The notes under the pieces were generated by a model. The model worked only from the letters and a program-made list of their open reading frames with translations. It had not been told where the DNA came from and did no database searches. A DNA stretch of 64,000 nt from Pseudomonadota bacterium. GTDB taxonomy: Bacteria; Pseudomonadota; Alphaproteobacteria; Rhizobiales; UBA4765. The DNA lies in the NCBI GenBank assembly GCA_041694995.1, contig JBGFRS010000056.1, positions 34,498 to 98,497 on the forward strand. Reading direction: 5' to 3'. The position numbers were made by a program, and so were the translations under genes. This document shows, piece by piece, positions 28,596-38,368 of the stretch (its first letter is position 1; each line of letters starts with the position of its first letter).

Positions 28596-29558
28596 ATGAC
28601 CGAGCAGATACCCGTCACCGTACTTACCGGCTATCTCGGCGCCGGCAAGACGACCTTGTTGAACCGAATTCTCTCGGAACCGCACGGCAAGCGTTACGCG
28701 GTCATCGTCAATGAATTCGGTGAGATCGGGATCGACAATGACCTCGTCGTCGGCGTGGACGAAGAAGTCTTCGAGATGAATAATGGCTGCATCTGCTGCA
28801 CCGTGCGCGGCGATCTCATCCACATCATCGACAATCTGATGAAGCGGCGTGGGAAGTTCGACGCGATCTTGATCGAGACGACTGGCCTCGCCGACCCTGG
28901 TCCGGTGGCGCAGACCTTCTTCGTCGACGCGGATGTGCGCACGAAGACCAAGCTCGATGCAATCGTCACCGTCGTCGATGCGAAGCATCTCGCCGCACGC
29001 CTGGACGATTCGCCCGAGGCCGAGGAGCAAATCGCCTTCGCCGACGTCATTCTTCTGAACAAGACGGATCTCGTGAATGCTGACGAGCTTGCTTCGGTCG
29101 AAAAGAAGGTTCGCGCGATCAATCCTTACGCCAAGCTGCACAGGACGGTGAAGTCCCAGATCGCGCTCGATGCCATTCTCGACAAGGGCGCGTTCGATCT
29201 CGATCGCATCCTCCAGCTCGAACCTGACTTCCTCGACGGCCATCACGATCATGACCACGACGAGAACGTGACGTCCGTGTCGTTCCAGATCGATGGGGAG
29301 GTCGATCCACAGAAGTTCCTGCCGTGGATCACCGAAGTGTCGCAGAGGGAGGGACCCCATCTCCTCCGCTACAAAGGCATTCTGGCTTTTCCAAACGAGC
29401 CGAAGCGCTTCGTGCTGCAAGGCGTGCACATGATCCTCGACGGGGATCTGCAACGCGACTGGCGCCGTGACGAGAAACGCATCTCGCGTCTCGTCTTCAT
29501 CGGCCGCAATATCGATACCGCCGCGCTGAAGGCGGGGTTCGAAGCGACGAAAGCGTGA
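28596..29558 (+). CDS. COG0523 (CobW/ZigA/YeiR-like) metal-chaperone GTPase
   Basis: P-loop [12 protein letters not shown], a GCICCT metal-binding motif, and a His/Asp-rich stretch [11 protein letters not shown] before the C-terminal CobW_C region. Confidence 0.85.
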   Translation: MTEQIPVTVLTGYLGAGKTTLLNRILSEPHGKRYAVIVNEFGEIGIDNDLVVGVDEEVFEMNNGCICCTVRGDLIHIIDNLMKRRGKFDAILIETTGLADPGPVAQTFFVDADVRTKTKLDAIVTVVDAKHLAARLDDSPEAEEQIAFADVILLNKTDLVNADELASVEKKVRAINPYAKLHRTVKSQIALDAILDKGAFDLDRILQLEPDFLDGHHDHDHDENVTSVSFQIDGEVDPQKFLPWITEVSQREGPHLLRYKGILAFPNEPKRFVLQGVHMILDGDLQRDWRRDEKRISRLVFIGRNIDTAALKAGFEATKA

Positions 29559-29561
29559 GCT

Positions 29562-30767
29562 TCAGGCACGCGCCGCAGCCGGGAGGCACGACGGACCGAT
29601 CGGGTCGAAGGATTTGTAGGTCAGAATGAACTCCTGATGGCCGAGGGTCTCCGACTTCGTTCGAACACCGTGTCCGAGCGCCACGACGAGATCTCGGATC
29701 TCATCGCCGACCTCGTCGAGGCTGGCGAGCCGATGGAGAATGCGGCCGGCGTCGACATCCATATCGTCTTCCATGCGCCGGTAGGTCTCAGGGTTTGCGC
29801 AGATCTTAACGACGGGCGAGATCGCCGAACCGACGACCGAGCCGCGTCCCGTGACGAACAGAACGGCATGCGCGCCGCAGGCGATGAGTTCGGCGATCTC
29901 GGCGTTGTCGTTGATGTTAGGAAAACCCCATTTCGGCTCTCCATCAGGCACGATATCGAGGAGATAGAGCCCGCCGCCTGGTGGAACGTCGCCCGGCTTG
30001 AGCAGGCCCGAAATCGGCGAGGCGCCGGATTTCGCATAGGCCCCGAGCGATTTCTCCTCGATGGTCGATAGGCCTCCATCGGCATTGCCAGCGGCGAAGG
30101 AGCCATATCCCATCGCTGCATAGTAGCGCGCCGCCTTGGCGACGGAGGTTCGGAGCTCGCGTCCGAGTTCCGGCGTAATAGCACGTGCAGCCATGATGTG
30201 CTCGCAACCGATGAGTTCGCCGGTCTCTTCGAAGATGCAGGCTGCGCCGTCCGCGACCAGCCGGTCGAAGGCCCGACCAGCAGCAGGATTGCCAGTGATT
30301 CCCGAGGTTCCGTCCGAGCCACCACACACGGTGCCGACGATGAGTTCCGACACCGCCATCGCTACGGTCTCCTGCGCGTCGAGAGCTGCACGCTGCGCGG
30401 CGACGAAGGCGCGCCCTTCCTGGATCGACTTGCGCGTGCCGCCGCTCGCTTGAATGGTGACGGTCACGACCGGTCGGCCGGAAGCGGCGATCTTGCCGCG
30501 CAGACCGTATTTGTCGAAGGACTCGCAGCCGAGCGAGACGAGGCACACCGCGCCGACGTTCGGATGCGTGCAGAGCCGCTCCATCATCGTCTGGGCGTAA
30601 GGGTTCGGGTAGCACCCCGGGAATCCGATGACGTGCACGTCGTTCTCGCGCCAGGGCAGCACGATCTCGCGCGCGACATGGTGCGCGCACTCGACGAGAT
30701 AGGCGACGATCACGACGTTACGGATACCCTTGCGCCCGTCGGCGCGGGGATAGCCCCGCATCGTCAT
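29562..30767 (-). CDS. UxaA-family sugar-acid dehydratase, large (C-terminal) subunit
   Basis: UxaA/GarD C-terminal-domain-like sequence (RKGIRNVVIV, CGGSD). The ATG at 30767 overlaps the dctM stop by ATGA. Confidence 0.8.
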   Translation of the reverse strand: MTMRGYPRADGRKGIRNVVIVAYLVECAHHVAREIVLPWRENDVHVIGFPGCYPNPYAQTMMERLCTHPNVGAVCLVSLGCESFDKYGLRGKIAASGRPVVTVTIQASGGTRKSIQEGRAFVAAQRAALDAQETVAMAVSELIVGTVCGGSDGTSGITGNPAAGRAFDRLVADGAACIFEETGELIGCEHIMAARAITPELGRELRTSVAKAARYYAAMGYGSFAAGNADGGLSTIEEKSLGAYAKSGASPISGLLKPGDVPPGGGLYLLDIVPDGEPKWGFPNINDNAEIAELIACGAHAVLFVTGRGSVVGSAISPVVKICANPETYRRMEDDMDVDAGRILHRLASLDEVGDEIRDLVVALGHGVRTKSETLGHQEFILTYKSFDPIGPSCLPAAARA

Positions 30768-32044
30768 CGGAAAACGCTCGGCAGCCACAGCGAGAACGCC
30801 GGTACGTAGGTGACCAGCATCAGGACGACGAGGCTCGCCCCGAAGAAGGGCCAGATGGTTTTCATGACTTCGCCCATGGAAACCTTGCCGATGGCGCAGC
30901 CGACGAACAAAACGGAGCCGACGGGCGGTGTATTGAGGCCGATGCCGGCGTTCAGGATCAAGATCACGCCGAAATGCACCGGATCGACGCCGAAAGCCTG
31001 CACCACGGGCAGGAAAATCGGCGTGCAGATGATGATCATCGGCGCCATATCCATGAAGGTGCCGAGGATCAACAACATCATATTGACCAATAACAACATG
31101 AAAAAGGGGTCTGATGTCACACTGTGCATGAAGGCGACGGTTTGCGCCGGCACCTGGAGGAGCGCCATCAGCCAGCCGAAGGATGCGGCCGTTCCGATCA
31201 GGAGAAGAACCATCGCGGTCGTGCGGACGGCCGCGAGCGTCGCGTCGATGAAGGCCCGCGTGTCGAGCTGGCGGTAGACCATGACCGTCACCGCCAGAGC
31301 ATAGACGACGGCGACGCAGGAGGACTCGGTCGCAGTGAAGACGCCGGAACGGATTCCGGCGAAGATGATGACGATGAGGATGAGGCCCGGCAGGGCGGCG
31401 GCGAAGTACAGAAGGAGAGCGCGCAGGCCGGGGAATACTTCACGGGGATAGCCGCGGCGGACGGCGACCCAGTAGGCCGCGGTCATCAGGGCGGCGCACA
31501 GCATGAGGCCCGGAATGATCCCCGCCGTGAACAGATCCGCGATCGAGATCCGCCCACCGGCAGCCAGCGAGTAGATGATCATATTGTGCGAGGGCGGGAT
31601 CAACAGCGCGATGATCGCCGCGTTCACCGTGACGTTCACGGCGTAGTCCGCATCGTAGCCGCGCTTCACCATCTGCGGGATCATGATGCCGCCGACGGCG
31701 GACGCATCGGCCACCGCCGAGCCGGAAATGCCGCCGAACAAGGTGCAGGTGACGACATTGACTTGACCCAAGCCACCGCGCAGATGGCCGACGAGGGCTG
31801 CAGCAAAGCGGATCAGGCGCTCGGCGATGCCGCCCCGCATCATCAGGTCGCCGGCATAGATGAAGAACGGGATCGCCATCATCGAGAAGGCGTTCATGCC
31901 CGAGTTCATCTGCTGGAAGACGACGACCGGCGGCAAGTCCATGTAGAGGACGGTGAGAAGAGAAGACACGCCGAGGCAGAATGCGATCGGCATGCCCATG
32001 AGCAGGAGGAGCGTGAAGGAGCCGAACAGAATCGCGAGCTCCAT
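30764..32044 (-). CDS. dctM: TRAP transporter large permease
   Basis: The start at 32044 gives MELAILFGSFTLLLLMGMPIAFCLG. About 426 aa and highly hydrophobic, typical of DctM. Confidence 0.9.
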   Translation of the reverse strand: MELAILFGSFTLLLLMGMPIAFCLGVSSLLTVLYMDLPPVVVFQQMNSGMNAFSMMAIPFFIYAGDLMMRGGIAERLIRFAAALVGHLRGGLGQVNVVTCTLFGGISGSAVADASAVGGIMIPQMVKRGYDADYAVNVTVNAAIIALLIPPSHNMIIYSLAAGGRISIADLFTAGIIPGLMLCAALMTAAYWVAVRRGYPREVFPGLRALLLYFAAALPGLILIVIIFAGIRSGVFTATESSCVAVVYALAVTVMVYRQLDTRAFIDATLAAVRTTAMVLLLIGTAASFGWLMALLQVPAQTVAFMHSVTSDPFFMLLLVNMMLLILGTFMDMAPMIIICTPIFLPVVQAFGVDPVHFGVILILNAGIGLNTPPVGSVLFVGCAIGKVSMGEVMKTIWPFFGASLVVLMLVTYVPAFSLWLPSVFR

Positions 32045-32046
32045 CC

Positions 32047-32601
32047 TCACGCCTCCGAAGCGCCGGCCGGGTCCGGCGGCGTGCGGCCACGATCGATCAA
32101 GATCTCGACGATCTTCTCGATCGCGAACAAAATGATGAGGGCGCCGCCGACGGCCACCGGCACGTAGGACATGCCTTGCGGCACGCCGAGCAGAGGCAGG
32201 TTGGCGCCCCAAGTTCCCGCGGCGAGCTGCCAGCCATAGACCAGCATCGCGGCCCCGAAGCCGAGAACGAGGACTTCGACGACGAGACGCATGGCGAAAC
32301 GCAGCGCCGGCGGTGCGTGGGCCAAGCCGACCTCGAAGCCGATATGGTCCCGTTCGCGCACGCCGACGGCGGAGCCCAGCAAGATGAACCACGACATCAG
32401 GAGAAGGACCGCCGGCTCGGTCCAGGTCGGCGTGTCATTCATGACGTAGCGGCCGAAAACCTGCCAAGCGACGGCGACCGTCATGGCGACGACACCGATG
32501 CCCGCGAGCCAGAGCGCCAGCGTCGCGATCGGTTTCAGGAGGCGGGAGAGGAACATCAGAACCGGCATGCGATCATCGCTGTTCCGTCGCCGGTCCAGCA
32601 A
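32047..32601 (-). CDS. dctQ: TRAP transporter small permease
   Basis: Four hydrophobic helices, ending 2 nt before dctM. Probable TTG start at 32601 with a GAGGAG RBS; an alternative ATG lies at 32568. Confidence 0.75.
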   Translation of the reverse strand: MLDRRRNSDDRMPVLMFLSRLLKPIATLALWLAGIGVVAMTVAVAWQVFGRYVMNDTPTWTEPAVLLLMSWFILLGSAVGVRERDHIGFEVGLAHAPPALRFAMRLVVEVLVLGFGAAMLVYGWQLAAGTWGANLPLLGVPQGMSYVPVAVGGALIILFAIEKIVEILIDRGRTPPDPAGASEA

Positions 32602-32676
32602 GCCCCTCTCCTCAGCTCATGGCATGCCATTCGGCCGTTCGCTGCACCCGTCCCCTACGAACGTCGCCGCGCACCG

Positions 32677-33663
32677 TCAGCTGATGCCTTGGATGCGCGA
32701 GACGAGCTGTTGCAGCGCGGGCGTGTTGGCGAAGCGCTGGAACACCGGCCCCATCGCCGCGATGAAGGGTGCCTTCTCCACCTTGTTGACCTGGGAGCCG
32801 CGCGCACGGACGGCGGCCTCCGCCGATTTCTCGCGCGCTTCCCACAGCCGGCGCATGTGCGGCACGGATTCGCGCGCCGCCGCCCGTACGATGTCGCGGT
32901 CGCCCGCCGAAAGCCGATCCCACGCCCGCTTCGACATGACGAGGACCTCGGGCGACATCGAGTGCTCGGTCTCGGAATAGAACTTCGCGACCTCGAAATG
33001 GCGCGTCGATTCGTAAGACGGCCAGTTGTTCTCGGCCCCGTCGATCACGCCGGTCTGCAAGGCAGAGAAGACTTCGCCGAACGGCATCGGCGTCGGATTG
33101 GCCCCGAGCGCCTGGATGAGCGCGATGAAGAGATCGGACTGCTGCACGCGGATCTTCATGCCGCGCATGTCGGCGAGCGTGTTGATCGGCCGCACGCGGT
33201 TGTACATCGAGCGTGCGCCGGAGTCGTAATAGGCAAGCCCGACCATGCCGTGGGGCTCGAAGGCATTGAGAATTTGCTGCCCGATCTCGCCATCCATGAC
33301 CTTGCGCATGTGGTCGACCGAGCGGAACAGGAAGGGCAGGCTGGGGACCGCCGTCTCGGGCACGAGATTGTTGAGCGGAGCAAGGTTGATGCGGTTCATG
33401 TCGATGACGCCGAAGCGCGTCTGGTCGATCGTGTCGCGCTCCTGGCCGAGCTGGCTCGAATGGAACACTTGAACGCGCAGCCGCCCGCTGGTGCGCTGCT
33501 CGATCAAACCTCCCATGAACTTGACCGCCTCGACTGTCGGATAGCCGTCGACATGCGTGTCGGCCGAGCGCAGCACGACGGTCTGTGCTTGCGCCCGCCC
33601 GATCACGGCGGGCGTCGCGACGAGGGCGGCCGCCCCCAACAGGATATGTCTGCGAGTCGTCAT
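32677..33663 (-). CDS. dctP: TRAP transporter substrate-binding protein
   Basis: The start at 33663 gives the Tat/Sec signal MTTRRHILLGAAALVATPAVIGRAQA. The body is DctP-family. Confidence 0.85.
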   Translation of the reverse strand: MTTRRHILLGAAALVATPAVIGRAQAQTVVLRSADTHVDGYPTVEAVKFMGGLIEQRTSGRLRVQVFHSSQLGQERDTIDQTRFGVIDMNRINLAPLNNLVPETAVPSLPFLFRSVDHMRKVMDGEIGQQILNAFEPHGMVGLAYYDSGARSMYNRVRPINTLADMRGMKIRVQQSDLFIALIQALGANPTPMPFGEVFSALQTGVIDGAENNWPSYESTRHFEVAKFYSETEHSMSPEVLVMSKRAWDRLSAGDRDIVRAAARESVPHMRRLWEAREKSAEAAVRARGSQVNKVEKAPFIAAMGPVFQRFANTPALQQLVSRIQGIS

Positions 33664-33712
33664 GGTCGTTCGCTCCCTTGCGTGCCCGGCGTTCCGGGTC
33701 GGATCTTGATGA

Positions 33713-34084
33713 TTATTGATCATGCGTTGTTTCGGACGTGCCGTCGTCTACGGGATAGCGCGTATGCCACTCCGTCACATCGCTCGTCGGCCGCGCGGCG
33801 TCGAGCGTGTAGGTCGGTGTGTAGTCGGATCGGATGTTATGCACATGAACGTGCGCGCCGGCGGCGATCGCCGTCGTTGCAACGCCGATGGGCGCTCCGT
33901 GCTTCATGACCTTTGCGCCCGGCGCGATGGCCCGGCGCGCCACCTTGTGGCCAAGCGGCAGATCCTGCGCCGCAACGCAGGTGCCGTCGCCGATGCGATA
34001 GCTCTCGCCCGCCCGAATGCGCGCCCGCACCACGAGGACGTCATCCTCGGGCGCGAGCAGCAAGAGGCGGGGATCGATGCCCAT
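33713..34084 (-). CDS. UxaA-family dehydratase small subunit (SAF domain)
   Basis: 123 aa ORF. DDVLVVRARIRAGE...LPLGHKVARRAIAPGAKVMKHGAPIG matches the N-terminal SAF domain of altronate/galactarate dehydratases. Confidence 0.75.
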   Translation of the reverse strand: MGIDPRLLLLAPEDDVLVVRARIRAGESYRIGDGTCVAAQDLPLGHKVARRAIAPGAKVMKHGAPIGVATTAIAAGAHVHVHNIRSDYTPTYTLDAARPTSDVTEWHTRYPVDDGTSETTHDQ

Positions 34085-34090
34085 TGCCGC

Positions 34091-34741
34091 TCAGAACTTC
34101 CCGAATTTCAGATAGGCTTCTTGCGGGTCGACGCCCGCCAGAATCGCCGTGCGCACCTTGTTTTCGGTGGCGATGGCGATCTCGGCCTTTCCGACGACGT
34201 CGGCAACCAGAGCCTTCGGAATGCGGATCGCCCCGTCGCGATCGGCGACGACATAATCGCCCGGGGTCACCACGACGTCGCCGATCCTGATATCGACGTC
34301 GAACGCGGCCGGGAGCCAGTAGCCGACGATGTCGCGCGGCGTTTGGCCGCGCGACCATGCTTCGAAGCCCATCTCCAGAAGGAAGTCGACGTCGCGGATG
34401 TAGCCGTCCACGAGACAGCCGAGCACGCCCTTGTTCTTCAGGGTTTCAGCCGACAGTTCGCCCATATGAGCGACGACGCGATCATTCGGTTGCGACACCC
34501 ACACATGGCCGGGCTTCGCTTTCGAAAGTAACCCCGTCCAGGCGAGAAGTGTCTGGTGTGCATCGGCCGTCGGGTCGACCTTGCCGAGAATCGTGAAGCA
34601 GGGGCCGGCCAGGCGACGCTGCGGAAACAGCGGACGCAGCTCCGCCGGGAAAGTGAAGTCGCGGAGCCCCATGCCGCGCATGACGTCGTGAACCACGCCC
34701 GTGTAACAGGCCGCGAGCCTCGCGGTTATCCCCTCCATCAT
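34091..34741 (-). CDS. RraA-family protein (class II aldolase / oxaloacetate decarboxylase-like)
   Basis: The start at 34741 (MMEGITARL...) gives about 216 aa with RraA-family motifs GELSAETLKNKGVLGCLVDGYIRD and GDYVVADRDG. Confidence 0.75.
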   Translation of the reverse strand: MMEGITARLAACYTGVVHDVMRGMGLRDFTFPAELRPLFPQRRLAGPCFTILGKVDPTADAHQTLLAWTGLLSKAKPGHVWVSQPNDRVVAHMGELSAETLKNKGVLGCLVDGYIRDVDFLLEMGFEAWSRGQTPRDIVGYWLPAAFDVDIRIGDVVVTPGDYVVADRDGAIRIPKALVADVVGKAEIAIATENKVRTAILAGVDPQEAYLKFGKF

Positions 34742-35040
34742 TGCGGTATCTCTCCCTGTGCAAGCTGGGTTGGCAGAGCAGAGCTTGATCTTCGGGCCTG
34801 TTCTGCGCTCATATCCGTCCCGGAAAGCATCCACGAAAACAAGTGGGGCGGTGTCTGCACTGATCTGCGGCACCGGAGATGCGGGGAACGAGGGAGTCGA
34901 TCGCACCAGTGGTGGCGCCACTTGCACTGCACCAATCATGCTCTGCCGGCGCAGACCGCAGGGTCGCTGCCACCAATCCGCTCTACGAAGAAGACGGCGA
35001 CCAGCCGCCCACCAAGAACGACATCGAGGAGAGACGACCC

Positions 35041-36432
35041 ATGATAGTCCTGACCTTGCGGCGTGCCGCTCTGGCCGCTGCGACCGCGCTCGGCGTCACG
35101 CTGGGCGTAGCACCAGCACAAGCGCAGCAGGAAACCCTGACGGTTTGGTTCACCAAGGGGTTCTATGCCGCCGAGGATGCCGCGCTCGAGCGCGTCATCC
35201 AGCGCTTCCAGCAGCAGACGGGTGTTCGCGTCGAGCTATCGCTTCCCTCGACGGAGGACTGCGTCACCCGTTCGGTCGCGGCGGTTGAGGCGCGCACTCC
35301 GCCGGACGTGGGCTTCTGCACCACCTACGACTTCCGCACGACGGGCCGCTGGGCCTTCGAAGGGCGGCTCGAGGACCTGTCGTCCATCATCAATCCGATT
35401 CGCGACCAGTTCCTGCCCGAGGCGCTCGCCACCGTGAACCTCACGCGCCGGGACGGCACGCGCGGCTTCTTCGCCATGCCGATCCAGCAGCAGGCGATGC
35501 ACTTCAACTATTGGCGCGACCTGGTCGAGCAGGCGGGCTTCACCGAGCGCGATATTCCGACGGGCTGGAACGAATTCTGGAACTTCTGGTGTGACCGTGT
35601 GCAGAACGGACTGCGGCAACGCGGCCAGCGCCTCTTCGGCATCGGCCACCCGATGGGCGTCGCGGCATCCGACACATTCTACTCCTTCCTGAATTGGACG
35701 GCCGCCTACAACGTCCGCATCGTTGACGAGAACGGCAACCTCATCCTCGATCAGCCGCAGAACCGGCAGAATATGATTCGCGCCGTCGAATCCTACGCGA
35801 ACATCTTCACGCGCGGCTGCTCGCCGACCTCGTCGATCAATTGGCTCGACCCGGACAACAACGTCGCCTTCCACAACCGCCAGATCGTCGCGACGCACAA
35901 CGCCACGATTTCGATCCCGGCGAAGTGGCTGGACGATTCGAACAATCCGAACCTGACCGCCGAGCAGCGGGCGCAGGCCGCGCGCAACTACAACGAACTC
36001 GTGCGCACCATCCCGTGGCCACGCCGGCCTGACGGCAGCGCGCTGCCGACCCGCGTCGCGGTGAAGACCGCCGTCGTGTTCGCCGATGCGCGCAACAAGC
36101 GGCGTGCGATGGAGTTCCTGGCCTTCCTGATGCAACCTGAGAATCTCGGGCCGTTCGTCGAAGGCTCGCTCGGGCGCTGGTTCCCGGTTACACGGGCCGG
36201 TGTGCAGTCGGAATTCTGGAACGCCGACCCGCATCGCCGCGCCGTGCGCGAGCAATTCGCCCAAGGCACGGTGCCGTTCGAGTTCGTCGCGAATTTCCGC
36301 TTCACGCAGGTGAACGCCGAGAACGTGTGGGCCCGCGCGCTGCAACGCGTGGCGCAGGAGCGCGTGCCGGCGGCACAGGCGGTCGATGAGATGATTGCGC
36401 GTATCCGCGTGATCCTCGCAGGCGGCGGCTGA
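35041..36432 (+). CDS. Carbohydrate ABC transporter substrate-binding protein (family 1)
   Basis: The ATG at 35041 gives the signal MIVLTLRRAALAAATALGVTLGVAPAQA. About 460 aa and followed by two MalFG-type permeases. Confidence 0.8.
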   Translation: MIVLTLRRAALAAATALGVTLGVAPAQAQQETLTVWFTKGFYAAEDAALERVIQRFQQQTGVRVELSLPSTEDCVTRSVAAVEARTPPDVGFCTTYDFRTTGRWAFEGRLEDLSSIINPIRDQFLPEALATVNLTRRDGTRGFFAMPIQQQAMHFNYWRDLVEQAGFTERDIPTGWNEFWNFWCDRVQNGLRQRGQRLFGIGHPMGVAASDTFYSFLNWTAAYNVRIVDENGNLILDQPQNRQNMIRAVESYANIFTRGCSPTSSINWLDPDNNVAFHNRQIVATHNATISIPAKWLDDSNNPNLTAEQRAQAARNYNELVRTIPWPRRPDGSALPTRVAVKTAVVFADARNKRRAMEFLAFLMQPENLGPFVEGSLGRWFPVTRAGVQSEFWNADPHRRAVREQFAQGTVPFEFVANFRFTQVNAENVWARALQRVAQERVPAAQAVDEMIARIRVILAGGG

Positions 36433-36490
36433 AACCGAACCATCAAAGCGACACGACCCCGCCGCGGCGCTTCCGCGGCGGGGTGATCTC

Positions 36491-37390
36491 ATGGGGAAGA
36501 GCGCTATGACGGTCACGACTCTACCGGCACCGGCCGCGGCCTATAAGGTGCCGCGCCGCGCTGGCGCGAGCTTCGCGACGTGGGGCATCGTTCTGCTCGC
36601 GCCTTACGCGCTCGTCTTCGCCTTCTTCGTCGTCTACCCGGTTCTCTACGGCTTCTGGCTCGGCAGTTCGCCGGACACCTACCGGCGCTTGTTCGAGGAT
36701 CCGGCGTTCTGGCGGACCTATGTCAACACGATCGTGTTCCTGCTCGTCGCGGTGAACTTGAAGTTCGCTCTCGCGATGCTGCTCTCCGGGTTCTTCATCG
36801 TGCAGCGGCGCTGGATCCAGATCATGCTGGTGATCTTCATCCTGCCCTGGGCGATGCCGTCGATCCCGACGATTCTCTCGTTCCGCTTCATGCTGAACGC
36901 CGAATGGGGCGTCATCAACATGGAGTATTTCCGCTGGACCTTCCAAGACGGTCCCGGCTGGCTCAACCGGCCCGATCTCGCCTTCATGTGGGCGATGATC
37001 GTACACATCTGGAAATCGCTGCCGTTCTGGACGTTGATCCTGATCACCGGCCGGCTCGCCATCAGCCAGGACCTCTACGAGGCGGCGGCCGTCGATGGCG
37101 CGTCGCGCTGGCAGCAGTTCAAGTACATCACCTGGCCGTCGATGGCGACGCTCTATCTCACCTCGACGCTGCTCTCGATGATCTGGACGCTCGGGGATTT
37201 CAACTCGGTCTATCTGTTGACCGGCGGTGGTCCAGGCGACCAGACGCACGTGCTCGCAACCCTCGGCGTGCGCTATCTGCGGATTGACCAGCTCGATCTC
37301 GGCATCGCTTCGGTCATCACCGCGATGCCGCTCGTCATCCCCCTCGTCTGGTACATGGTCAAGCGCCTGTCGAAAGGACCGGGCGAATGA
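36491..37390 (+). CDS. Carbohydrate ABC transporter permease (MalF-like)
   Basis: 299 aa, six hydrophobic segments, and the EAA motif region YEAAAVDGASRWQQF. Confidence 0.85.
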   Translation: MGKSAMTVTTLPAPAAAYKVPRRAGASFATWGIVLLAPYALVFAFFVVYPVLYGFWLGSSPDTYRRLFEDPAFWRTYVNTIVFLLVAVNLKFALAMLLSGFFIVQRRWIQIMLVIFILPWAMPSIPTILSFRFMLNAEWGVINMEYFRWTFQDGPGWLNRPDLAFMWAMIVHIWKSLPFWTLILITGRLAISQDLYEAAAVDGASRWQQFKYITWPSMATLYLTSTLLSMIWTLGDFNSVYLLTGGGPGDQTHVLATLGVRYLRIDQLDLGIASVITAMPLVIPLVWYMVKRLSKGPGE

Positions 37391-38223
37391 GACGCGTGTG
37401 GAACGAAGCCGGCCTCTTTCTGATCGCCATCCCGATCCTGTTCTGGACCGTCTTTCCGATCTACCACCTGTTCGTGCTGTCGATCTCGACGCAGCAGGCG
37501 ATGCTCGATGGGCGGCTATGGCCGGAGGATCCGACCTTCCGCAACTATTACCTCGTGGTCACGCAGGGCCATTTCTTCCTCACCCATTTCTGGCTGCAGA
37601 TGTTCAACTCGTTCCTGGTCGCGGTCACGACCGGGGTGCTCACCTTGGTGATCGCGACCTTCGCCGCCTTCGCGATCTCCAGGCTCAAGGCCCAGGGCGG
37701 GCGGCTCGTGATGAACTTCGCGCTCGCGACCTATCTGATACCGGCCGCGTTCCTCGCCGTGCCGATGTACAAGGTGATGGGCATGTACGGCCTCCTCAAC
37801 ACCAAGACGGCGCTGATCCTCGCCATGGTCGCGCTCGCCAGCCCCTACGCGATCTGGGTGTTGAAGCAAGCCTCCGACAAGCTGCCGCAGGAACTCGACG
37901 AGGCTGCGATCATCGATGGCGCGACCGTGCCGCAGCTCTTCCGCATGGTGTATCTGCCGCTCATGAAGCCTTCGCTCGTTGCGATCGGCATCTACGCGCT
38001 TCTGCTCGCGTGGAACGAGTACCTTTACGCCTTCCTGCTCCTGTCGCATGACCGGCAGCTGACGCTCGCGGTCGCGCTCGGCACCTTCCTCGGTGCCGAT
38101 GACAGCCCGTGGAACCTTCTGATGGCGACGGGCTTCATCTATGCGCTGCCGCCCGTCATCATCTACTATACCTTCCGCAATTATATGGTCTCGGGCCTCA
38201 CGCAGGGCGCGGTGAAGAGCTGA
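37387..38223 (+). CDS. Carbohydrate ABC transporter permease (MalG-like)
   Basis: 278 aa with an ATGA overlap and the EAA region DEAAIIDGATVPQLF. No ATPase gene is adjacent. Confidence 0.85.
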   Translation: MRRVWNEAGLFLIAIPILFWTVFPIYHLFVLSISTQQAMLDGRLWPEDPTFRNYYLVVTQGHFFLTHFWLQMFNSFLVAVTTGVLTLVIATFAAFAISRLKAQGGRLVMNFALATYLIPAAFLAVPMYKVMGMYGLLNTKTALILAMVALASPYAIWVLKQASDKLPQELDEAAIIDGATVPQLFRMVYLPLMKPSLVAIGIYALLLAWNEYLYAFLLLSHDRQLTLAVALGTFLGADDSPWNLLMATGFIYALPPVIIYYTFRNYMVSGLTQGAVKS

Positions 38224-38368
38224 TCGCGGGGGCGTGCGCGCGGTGCCATTGCGGCCGCGGCGCTCGCGCTTTCCCTCTCACCTCACACCACAGCCTCATG
38301 CCGACGGGGAAGGCGCGCATTGAGCACGGAGGCTTGCGTCCGCCCGCGCCGCGCGCCATGTCAATCGC

